Of a DNA stretch of 64,000 nt, positions 1 through 7,771 are shown piece by piece. The DNA is taken from positions 64,001-128,000 of the forward strand of contig JBFWMA010000007.1 in NCBI GenBank assembly GCA_050251875.1, in the 5' to 3' direction. Position 1 is the stretch's first letter. The number at the start of each line of letters is the position of its first letter. The position numbers were made by a program, and so were the translations under genes. Under the pieces are notes generated by a model, which was not told the origin of the DNA, did no database searches, and saw only the letters and a list, made by a program, of their open reading frames with translations. The stretch comes from Deferribacterales bacterium. GTDB taxonomy: Bacteria > Chrysiogenota > Deferribacteres > Deferribacterales > Geovibrionaceae.

Positions 1-409
1 TCTTCACCTGACCGCACACGGAGCATGCGTTGCGCCTTGTTCTGGCTGCCAGCATCTGGATGGGATGCCCTTTCTCTTCCAGATCCACGATAATAGCTTT
101 GAGCCCGTGTTTTTCGGCGAACTTTTCGACTTTTACCCTGGATTTTTTGGAATATTCCCCTATTCCCAGACTGACATACATTCCTGTGGTGTCCAATCCA
201 TAGCTGTGCAGTATGTGCCACAGAACCAGAGAGTCTTTTCCGCCGGAGACGCAGACCATCACCTTGTCGCCTTTCAGAAACATTTTGTGGTCTTTCGCCG
301 CCTTATTTATCTGTTTATGAAAATATTCCGTGAAGTGCTCTTTGCAGAACCCCGCATTGTGCCTGTTAAGGCTGATAACGGCGTTTTCGGAGCATTTGAT
401 ACATTTCAT
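1..409 (-). CDS. ttuA: TtuA/TtcA-family tRNA 2-thiolation PP-loop ATPase (5' part; runs off the window start)
   Basis: Manual translation from the ATG at 409: MKCIKCSENAVISLNRH..FCKEH..VSGGKDS..CSVC. This gives an N-terminal zinc finger, the PP-loop SGGKDS and a CxxC. The start overlaps the stop of the upstream sulfur carrier (ATGA). Not in the ORF track. Confidence 0.8.
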   Translation of the reverse strand, partial: MKCIKCSENAVISLNRHNAGFCKEHFTEYFHKQINKAAKDHKMFLKGDKVMVCVSGGKDSLVLWHILHSYGLDTTGMYVSLGIGEYSKKSRVKVEKFAEKHGLKAIIVDLEEKGHPIQMLAARTRRNACSVCGQVK

Positions 410-597
410 CCGCCGCTCACCACAGAGATGAGCTTTATCACCGTGCCGTTCTTCACCCCGGCGTCAGGGGTCACCAGACAGCCGTCAACAACGGTCAGAA
501 CGGCGTTGTCGTTCTGTCCTATATCTTTCAGAATATCTTTTATTCTGTTTTTATCAGACTGTCTGAGGGTGCCGTCAGGCATCTCTATTGTTACCAT
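406..597 (-). CDS. ThiS/MoaD-family ubiquitin-like sulfur carrier (TtuB-like)
   Basis: 63 aa from MVTIEMPDG, ending VVSGG (C-terminal Gly-Gly). Translationally coupled to the ttuA-like gene. Confidence 0.85.
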   Translation of the reverse strand: MVTIEMPDGTLRQSDKNRIKDILKDIGQNDNAVLTVVDGCLVTPDAGVKNGTVIKLISVVSGG

Positions 598-661
598 CTT
601 TCCTCTGCCGCCGTAAGTTTGAATCGGCAAGTTAGATTAGATGAGCGGTTTTGTCAATCTA

Positions 662-1444
662 TTACACATAAGACAGTCTGCGTATCTGCTCTCTGAACCT
701 CTCTTTGTTCACCACGGCAGTCACGATTCCGGGTTCCGTTCCGTCTGTTTTCACAGTCACCAGCCCGCCGTCATCGTCCGTCTCATCGCCGATATTCTGG
801 TTATCCACCTCAACCTCTATAATATGCGTCTCCGGCGGCAGAATCAGCTTTTCCACGGCTCTCAGCGCCTTGAAGTTATACAGAGCCTCGATAATTTTAT
901 AAGTTTCCAGACCGGACAGCTCATCAATTTCGGACAAAATCAGCTTTATTTCCTGAATATTGTCATTTCCGGTGAATTTTGAAATAATATAGTGTCCCAC
1001 AACCAGCATCACCCTCGCCTGATAATGCATGGAAACTGTGATATTAAGGTCGTTTATCCGCTCGGCATAGTTTGTAAGAACTCTGTATGTCAGCTCGTGT
1101 GTGCTGAAAAGCCCTCTGATGAACATCTGATTAGGACATTCCAGCACGAAGAGAATGTCGGAATGAGCCTTGACAGTGGCTGAACGCTGATTGTTCAGAA
1201 AAGCGCCCATCTCGCCCACGATAGAGCCGGACGAGAGAACCGCCAGCTTGTTTTCGTTGCCGAATTTATCAATCCTGACAACCTCCGCCTCGCCTGTCAG
1301 CACAATGTAGACATGGCTGGAATAGTCGCCCTGCTTCACCACCACATCGCCTTTTACAAATTTTTTCGGTTTTCCGTACTGTTTGAAAAGTGTCGTAATC
1401 TCTTCATTCACCCGCAGAGAGAACCCGGCTTTCTTCTTTTCCAT
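662..1444 (-). CDS. Cyclic-nucleotide-binding (Crp/Fnr-family) protein
   Basis: cNMP-binding motifs VVKQGD..VYIVLTG..GSIVGEMG..RSATV. Start moved to MEKKKAG (ATG 1444), which follows a GAGGT. Confidence 0.8.
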   Translation of the reverse strand: MEKKKAGFSLRVNEEITTLFKQYGKPKKFVKGDVVVKQGDYSSHVYIVLTGEAEVVRIDKFGNENKLAVLSSGSIVGEMGAFLNNQRSATVKAHSDILFVLECPNQMFIRGLFSTHELTYRVLTNYAERINDLNITVSMHYQARVMLVVGHYIISKFTGNDNIQEIKLILSEIDELSGLETYKIIEALYNFKALRAVEKLILPPETHIIEVEVDNQNIGDETDDDGGLVTVKTDGTEPGIVTAVVNKERFREQIRRLSYV

Positions 1445-1781
1445 ACAGACCTCATGAGATTTATAAGGAATCTTATCCTTATTCCGTGAATTGTTAAAGC
1501 TAAATACTCTTTTCTCTGTCAAAACAGCGCAAATATCATGCCTGATTCACTTTTTTTAAAAAAAATTTTATCGTTTTCACAGGTAAACACCTAACAATGT
1601 TATGTATCATAAACAGTGTTTTTGCCTTTATTATCAGGAAGATTACTATGCAAATATTTTTATGTCATAGATATTTCAGATATGTCATAATTTTATTAGC
1701 CTTTTATCAGAACTAACCTAATTATACAATTATTGACAATTGTTTTTAGTTACTTTATAAGGTTGATAACGGAGGTAGAGT

Positions 1782-2888
1782 ATGTGCAGAATAGGAGCGA
1801 TCAAATCCAAGAATTACATACATCCCTCAAAAGCCTTGATGCTAATGAGGTCCCAGCAAAAAGGTCACGATAATTCGGGCTTTGCTATGGTAATGCAGGA
1901 TTTAGGGGGAAGGTTCGAAAATTACAAAGAACTTCCCATTCTTTCAATGGCATGCACTGACGAGGGAGTCAAGATTGCCGAGGATGTGCTTCATCAGGCG
2001 GGATTCAGCCGGGTGATGCAGTGGAGTCCGGAGATCAACGATCAGCCCGGGCTGAAGATTGAGCCGATGCCTAATTATGTCTTTCAGGTACTACATTATC
2101 CCAAAAGCTATAAATACGCACCGGACACAGAGAAACAAGAGCTTCTGGTAGACATGCGTCTGAAGCTCCGCAAGGCTCTGGCGGAAACCAATGACGGATA
2201 CGTCTATTCATTCTGGCCGGATGTGCTCACTCTGAAAGAGATAGGCGATCCTACAGACATCGGAACATATTTCGACATATGGGACGAAGACGAGGATTTC
2301 ACAGCGAAGATAATAACCGCTCAATGCCGCCAGAACACCAACTACGACATTGTGCGCTATGCCGCTCACCCGTTCTTTCTTCAGGGATACACAGCGCTGG
2401 CAAACGGCGAAAACACTTTCTACGAAAAAAACAGAAACTTTCAGAAAAACCTTTATAAAGGCTACATAGGCTTCGAGTCGGATTCACAGTGCTTTCTGTA
2501 TACTCTGCACTACATTCACAAGATTCTGAAGTGGCCTCTGCAGTATTACAAGCACACCATCACTCCCCTGCCCTTCGATGAGGCGGAGAAGAGAGAGGAT
2601 CACGCTATACTTCAGAACATCAGAGCGGTTCTCAGCAACCTGGAGCTGAACGGTCCGAACACCATCATCGCTGTTCTGCCGGACGGAACCATGTTCAACA
2701 CCTGCGACGCTAAAAAACTCCGTCCCGTTGTCATCGGACGCACAGCGGATACAGCCGTCATATCCTCAGAGGTGACAGGACTCAACGAGATCCTGCCCGA
2801 GCGTGACTGGACACAGGACATATACACAAACGAAAGAGAAATGGTGGTTATTAACAACAATCTGGAGGTTGAAAGATGGCAACAATGA
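1782..2888 (+). CDS. Glutamate synthase, class II glutamine amidotransferase subunit (GltB1-like)
   Basis: N-terminal nucleophile M-C-R-I; motifs QCRQNTN, AHPF, NGE, SDS, LRP; GGAGG RBS. Confidence 0.85.
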   Translation: MCRIGAIKSKNYIHPSKALMLMRSQQKGHDNSGFAMVMQDLGGRFENYKELPILSMACTDEGVKIAEDVLHQAGFSRVMQWSPEINDQPGLKIEPMPNYVFQVLHYPKSYKYAPDTEKQELLVDMRLKLRKALAETNDGYVYSFWPDVLTLKEIGDPTDIGTYFDIWDEDEDFTAKIITAQCRQNTNYDIVRYAAHPFFLQGYTALANGENTFYEKNRNFQKNLYKGYIGFESDSQCFLYTLHYIHKILKWPLQYYKHTITPLPFDEAEKREDHAILQNIRAVLSNLELNGPNTIIAVLPDGTMFNTCDAKKLRPVVIGRTADTAVISSEVTGLNEILPERDWTQDIYTNEREMVVINNNLEVERWQQ

Positions 2889-4516
2889 AAGTAAACCAGA
2901 TATCCAGAGACGATCTGGACTGGCAGATCGTATATAATACCGACCGCTGCACATTCTGCGGAAAATGCGTTGCGGCCTGCCCCTTCAAGGCTATCGAAGC
3001 CGGCGTTGAAAAACGCAGAAAGGTCATCAGCGACCATTTTACACCCGAACCTAAGGTGCAGTTCAAGACTGTCCCTGTTATAAAACAGGTAGTCAGCGAG
3101 CATAACTTCTGCCGTGGATGCGGAATCTGCGAAAGAGTATGCCCCAACACTGCCATTAAGCCCGAGCGTAACCCCGACTCCAGATTCGGAATAAAATACC
3201 GCTCCACACTCGCTGATCCTTATAAAAGAGGCGGACGTTCCAACCTCGCCACAGAAAAACGCACACTGGACAAGATAAAAGTGGGACGCATCTCTCAGAT
3301 GACAGACCCCTCACTGGACGCTTCCAGACACACATTCGACATGCTGGCTCCTTTCGGGCGCATCCTGCCCGCAAACGAGATGCCCTTCGAGATAGTGGAC
3401 GGGAAGCTCGTGATGAACAAAACAACCCCGAAGGTGAACTGGATTTACCCCATCATCATCGGCGACATGTCCATCGGCGCTCTGTCATGGCGTATGTGGG
3501 AGGCGATGGCTATCGCCACAGCATATCTGAACGAAGAGGTGGGACTGCCCATCCGCATGTGTTCAGGAGAAGGCGGCGTTCCCGTAAAACTGCTGAAATC
3601 AAAATATCTGAAATATATGATACTCCAGATCGCTTCCGGTCACTTCGGCTGGAACAGGATCATCAACTCCATGCCCGACATGCAGGAGCTTCCGGCGGGT
3701 ATCCTTATCAAAATAGGTCAGGGAGCAAAACCCGGAGATGGCGGTCTGCTCATGGCTAAAAAAGTCGCTTCGCACATCTCTGAAATCAGAGGCGTTCCGA
3801 AGGCAGACCTGCTCAGCCCCCCCAACCACCAGGGGCTTTACTCCATCGAAGAGAGCGTTCAGAAGATGTTTCTGTCTCTGAACTCAGCGTTTAAATTTCA
3901 GGTGCCTGTGGCTATCAAAGTAGCCGCCAGCGCCACATCAGTATCAGTATACAACAACCTTCTGCGTGACCCTTACAACATAGTGGGCGGTTTCTTCGTG
4001 GACGGTCTGGCTGGCGGAACAGGCGCCGCCAACGAAATATCTCTGGACCACACAGGTCACCCCATAGTGTCCAAGCTGAGAGACTGCTACAACGCGGCCG
4101 TTCATCAGGGCAAGCAGGGTCAGATACCCCTCTGGGCAGCCGGCGGTCTGGGAGCCAACTGGAACCTCGCGGCGGACGCGTTCAAAATGATGGCGCTGGG
4201 CGCTAACGGCGTCTTCACCGGAAAGCTGATGCTCCAGCTGGCAGGATGCGTGGGCAACGACCACGGCAAGTGCAACGCATGCAACACAGGTCTCTGTCCT
4301 GTGGGCATATGCACACAAAACCCCTCACTGGTTAAACGTCTGGATATAGACAAAACAGCCGAGCAGATAGTGAACTATTTCATCGCCACAGACAACGAGC
4401 TGAAAAAAATGCTCGCCCCCATAGGCAACAGTTCTCTTCCCATCGGACGTTCAGACTGCCTCATTTCTGTTGATAAGAATGTGGCTGACAGACTTAACAT
4501 CCAATACTCATGTTAA
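2876..4516 (+). CDS. Glutamate synthase FMN-binding subunit with N-terminal 2x[4Fe-4S] ferredoxin (GltB2-like)
   Basis: Two CxxCxxCxxxCP motifs; MSIGALS, SGEGG, QIASG, IKIGQGAKPGDGG, CNTGLCPVGICTQ. Confidence 0.9.
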   Translation: MATMKVNQISRDDLDWQIVYNTDRCTFCGKCVAACPFKAIEAGVEKRRKVISDHFTPEPKVQFKTVPVIKQVVSEHNFCRGCGICERVCPNTAIKPERNPDSRFGIKYRSTLADPYKRGGRSNLATEKRTLDKIKVGRISQMTDPSLDASRHTFDMLAPFGRILPANEMPFEIVDGKLVMNKTTPKVNWIYPIIIGDMSIGALSWRMWEAMAIATAYLNEEVGLPIRMCSGEGGVPVKLLKSKYLKYMILQIASGHFGWNRIINSMPDMQELPAGILIKIGQGAKPGDGGLLMAKKVASHISEIRGVPKADLLSPPNHQGLYSIEESVQKMFLSLNSAFKFQVPVAIKVAASATSVSVYNNLLRDPYNIVGGFFVDGLAGGTGAANEISLDHTGHPIVSKLRDCYNAAVHQGKQGQIPLWAAGGLGANWNLAADAFKMMALGANGVFTGKLMLQLAGCVGNDHGKCNACNTGLCPVGICTQNPSLVKRLDIDKTAEQIVNYFIATDNELKKMLAPIGNSSLPIGRSDCLISVDKNVADRLNIQYSC

Positions 4517-4529
4517 GGGGGGAGATGAA

Positions 4530-6866
4530 ATGAGCGAAAAAACAGTTAAAATTCAGGGAATTGTAGACGGAAAAAGAGTGTCTACACAAAACCTTCTCCG
4601 CAATGTATACGCAAAGCTGGACGAAGGTTATACAGAATTCGAGATCGATGCCTCCGGTCAGCACAACATCGGCGGACCTCTCTGGACCAAAGACGGGAAA
4701 CCTCTGAAATTCAGAGTTAAAAACCCCGGTCAGCGTGTAGGCTCTATGGGTATGCACGACACAGAGATCATCATCGACGGCTCAGCCCCCGCAGACGTGG
4801 GCTGGCTGAATGCCGGCGCCACCATCGTTCTGAAAGGAGACGGCGGCGATACCACAGCGCACTGCGCAGCCACAGGAAAGATATATGTCGGCGGCAGAAC
4901 CGGAACACGTTCCGGCGCTCTGATGAAACACGACCCCAAATTCCCCGCTCCGGAGTTCTGGGTTCTGAAAACCACAGGCTCTTTCAGCTTTGAGTTCATG
5001 GGAGGCGGATATGCCGTCATCTGCGGACTGGGCGCTGAAAATATGGACTCTGTCATGGGCGACAGAGGGTGCGTGGGCATGGTCGGCGGAACAGTCTATG
5101 TCAGAGGAAGCGTAAAAGGTCTCTCTGAAAAAGACGTATGGATAATGGAGCTGGACGAGAACGACAAAGAGTTTCTGCTTCAGGGACTCCCCGAGTTTCT
5201 CGAAAAAGTGGAGCGCAAAGACGCTCTGACAACACTCTCCGACATGTCTCAGTGGAAAAAGATAGTCGCCAAGACATTCGAAGAGAAAAAGATTAAAACT
5301 CTCATGCCGATGAATGACTTCCGTATGGGTCAATGGGTCAGGGACGGAATATTCGGCGATCTGATAGAAGAAGACTACTATGTGGCGGAATATGTTGAGA
5401 CAGGCGATCTCAGACTGAAATATCCCGAATGGCAGAACGCCAGATATTCAGCTCCCTGTGAATACAACTGTCCCGTTTTCATCCCCACACAGAAACGCAT
5501 AGCCCTGCTCCGTCAGGGAAAAATCCAGGAAGCTCTGGAACTGGTTCTGGATTACAGCCCCTTCCCCGCTTCCGTGTGCGGACAGGTATGTCCCAACCTG
5601 TGTCAGGACATATGCTCCCGTAAGAAAGTCGACATCCCCGTTAAGATAAAAGAGCTGGGTCAGCTCAGCAGAAAAGCGGAGGCAAAAGGTTTTGACGTGC
5701 CTCAGCGAAAAGAGAAAGTAGCCGTCATCGGTTCAGGTTCCGCCGGACTCACAGCCGCATGGCACCTGCGCAAATTCGGCTATCAGGTGGATGTAATCGA
5801 GCAGGATTCTGTTGTCGGCGGAAAGCTGAAACAGGTTATTCCTAACGAACGTCTGGCTCAGGATATTCTGGAAACAGAGATCAAACGTATTCTGGATAAA
5901 GGCGTAAATGTTAAAACCAACACTAAGGTGGACAAAGACCTCTTCAGCAGTCTGGTAAAAGACTATTCAGCCGTCATTGTGGCTGTGGGCGCTCATGTGC
6001 CGGTAGTCATCCCCTTTGACGGACACGAAAGACTGGTTAAAGGTCTAGACTTCCTGAAAAGCGTTAACAAAGGCGAAAAACCCAAAGTGGGCGAAAAAGT
6101 CGTTGTTATCGGTGCCGGAAACGCCGCCATGGACGTTGTGCTTGGCGCTTATGAAATGGGAGCCAAAGAGGTTACAGCCATAGATATCCAGAAACCCGCC
6201 GCCTTTGAGCATGAGATGGATCACGCGAAAAGTCTCGGGGCAAAAATTCTGTGGCCCGTATACACTGACAAGATAACAGAGAAAGGCGTTCTCACAAAGA
6301 ACGGCGAGCTGATAGAAGCTGACACAGTGATAATCGCCATCGGCGACCGTCCCGACTTCTCCTTCATGGACAGATCATGGATGGATGAGAAAGGTCAGGT
6401 GAAGATGAACGAATATCTTCAGTGTCTGGCTGACGAAAAAGTGTTCATCACCGGTGACGCTATCAAACAGGGTCTGTTCACACACGCTCTGGGAGACGGA
6501 CGCAAAGCCGCCATCAACGTTGACAGGATGCTGAACGGACGCAAGCTGGATGATTTCGCCAAAGCGCCCGTGATTCCTCAGGACAAGGTGAAGGATGAAT
6601 ACTATCACCCCATGAACGCTCAGAAAGTGGCTGAAATGGAGGCTGAGGACGAGACCGGAAGATGTATGAGCTGCGGTTTCTGCCGTGACTGCTCATTCTG
6701 TCTGGAAGTATGTCCCGAACAGGCTATCACCAGAAAAGAGATAGACGGCAAGTTCGAGTACATCTCTAACCCGTCAAAATGTATCGGATGTGGAATCTGT
6801 GCGGGAGTATGCCCCTGCGGCGTATGGACCATGTACGAGATGACCGAAAAATATATCGAAAGCTAA
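4530..6866 (+). CDS. Glutamate synthase GXGXG (GltB3) domain fused to a GltD-like FAD/NAD(P)H oxidoreductase and C-terminal ferredoxin
   Basis: N-terminal GXGXG repeats (GSMG, FEFMGGG, GMVGG); APCEYNCP and CGQVCPNLC; GSGSAG and GAGNAAMD; two C-terminal 4Fe-4S motifs. Start at MSEKTV. Confidence 0.88.
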   Translation: MSEKTVKIQGIVDGKRVSTQNLLRNVYAKLDEGYTEFEIDASGQHNIGGPLWTKDGKPLKFRVKNPGQRVGSMGMHDTEIIIDGSAPADVGWLNAGATIVLKGDGGDTTAHCAATGKIYVGGRTGTRSGALMKHDPKFPAPEFWVLKTTGSFSFEFMGGGYAVICGLGAENMDSVMGDRGCVGMVGGTVYVRGSVKGLSEKDVWIMELDENDKEFLLQGLPEFLEKVERKDALTTLSDMSQWKKIVAKTFEEKKIKTLMPMNDFRMGQWVRDGIFGDLIEEDYYVAEYVETGDLRLKYPEWQNARYSAPCEYNCPVFIPTQKRIALLRQGKIQEALELVLDYSPFPASVCGQVCPNLCQDICSRKKVDIPVKIKELGQLSRKAEAKGFDVPQRKEKVAVIGSGSAGLTAAWHLRKFGYQVDVIEQDSVVGGKLKQVIPNERLAQDILETEIKRILDKGVNVKTNTKVDKDLFSSLVKDYSAVIVAVGAHVPVVIPFDGHERLVKGLDFLKSVNKGEKPKVGEKVVVIGAGNAAMDVVLGAYEMGAKEVTAIDIQKPAAFEHEMDHAKSLGAKILWPVYTDKITEKGVLTKNGELIEADTVIIAIGDRPDFSFMDRSWMDEKGQVKMNEYLQCLADEKVFITGDAIKQGLFTHALGDGRKAAINVDRMLNGRKLDDFAKAPVIPQDKVKDEYYHPMNAQKVAEMEAEDETGRCMSCGFCRDCSFCLEVCPEQAITRKEIDGKFEYISNPSKCIGCGICAGVCPCGVWTMYEMTEKYIES

Positions 6867-6893
6867 GTTGCGGCGGATATATAAAATAATGAA

Positions 6894-6924
6894 GTAGGGC
6901 GGCATTTTACATGCCGCCTTTTTT
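6894..6924 (+). terminator. Intrinsic terminator of the glt operon (GTAG-REP-like hairpin)
   Basis: GTAG-GGCGGCAT-TTTAC-ATGCCGCC-TTTTTT. Confidence 0.8.
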
Positions 6925-7102
6925 ATACCTTAAGGTTCTTCGCCACCTGCTCCACTATCTCGTCATCCAGTGTGTTGGTGGTTTTCTTTGCCAGCATCCT
7001 GAGTATGCTCAGGATAATATTCGATATAATCTTCTCTGTGAAAAAAGCATAAAATATTTTGCTGAACGCCGAAACGAATGCTGTAGATAATATCGGTATC
7101 AT
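6923..7102 (-). CDS. Small amphipathic/membrane protein, phage lysis accessory or holin-like
   Basis: 59 aa MIPILSTAFVSAFSKIFYAFF..TTNTLDDEIV. Start overlaps the lysozyme stop (GTGATG). Confidence 0.55.
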   Translation of the reverse strand: MIPILSTAFVSAFSKIFYAFFTEKIISNIILSILRMLAKKTTNTLDDEIVEQVAKNLKV

Positions 7103-7563
7103 CACGCCACCTCTTCCCATTGTCCTGTTTTCATTTGTTTTACATTTGTTCTGCTTCTTCTGCCCGACTGGGTGAACCATCTGCTGTGGATCATCTCCGC
7201 AGAAGCCGCCTCATAGTTATGCTCCGAAAGCCTCGCCAGAAAGTTCTTGAATCCTGACAAACCTTTGAACCCCAGCTGATAGAGCATATCCACTATCACA
7301 GCCTGTCTGGCTTCGTTCAGCGAGTTAAAGAAAGGAAAGTTTTCCTCCGCCTCTTTAGCGCATCTCTTTGCGTCTTTCTCTATCAGTCTTTCAGCCAGTT
7401 CTTTGGTAAATCCCCGGCTGAGCACCGCCGTAATATCTTCAGTCGTAAAACCTCTGTCCTGATAGTTGTAGCCGTATCCTATCGTCCACTTGCCTGCCGT
7501 GCACTGATATGGCTGGTCTCTGTAGCCTTCGTATTCTTTGATGCGCTCTATGATTTTCTGCAT
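7102..7563 (-). CDS. Phage-type lysozyme, GH24 / T4-lysozyme-like
   Basis: 153 aa from MQKIIER after GGAGG. Catalytic pattern E-x8-C-x5-T followed by IGYG; C-terminal RQAVIVDMLYQLG..SRWFTQ..R. Confidence 0.88.
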   Translation of the reverse strand: MQKIIERIKEYEGYRDQPYQCTAGKWTIGYGYNYQDRGFTTEDITAVLSRGFTKELAERLIEKDAKRCAKEAEENFPFFNSLNEARQAVIVDMLYQLGFKGLSGFKNFLARLSEHNYEAASAEMIHSRWFTQSGRRSRTNVKQMKTGQWEEVA

Positions 7564-7700
7564 GTTTCCTCCATGAAGACGGAGGCGGCATAGATTATAT
7601 GTCCGCCCCATTTTCCGCCTGTTTGCGGTGTGTTCTTCATGAGGTGGATTATATGAAAGAATGAAAATGGATATGATTAGATAAGATGAGGACTGATAAT

Positions 7701-7732
7701 AAAAAAAGGCGGGGTATAAAACCCCGCCCTGC
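7701..7732 (-). terminator. Terminator downstream of nifJ (REP-like hairpin)
   Basis: Minus strand GCAG-GGCGGGGT-TTTAT-ACCCCGCC-TTTTTTT. 23 bp are identical to 39078-39100. Confidence 0.8.
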
Positions 7733-7771
7733 ATTTTTTGGCTGGTTGTTACACCCGCCTTTAAAAAGGTC

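Noticed and set aside
65..616. 183 aa plus-strand ORF
   Set aside because: Antisense to the ttuB/ttuA-like genes, which have clear motifs.
7564..7653. Assigning the lysozyme leader to a known riboswitch such as c-di-GMP-I
   Set aside because: I could not match the conserved nucleotides of any class I know, so it is reported only as an unassigned structure.
6923..7771. Prophage
   Set aside because: No integrase, structural or replication genes and no att-like repeats seen; only the two-gene cassette.
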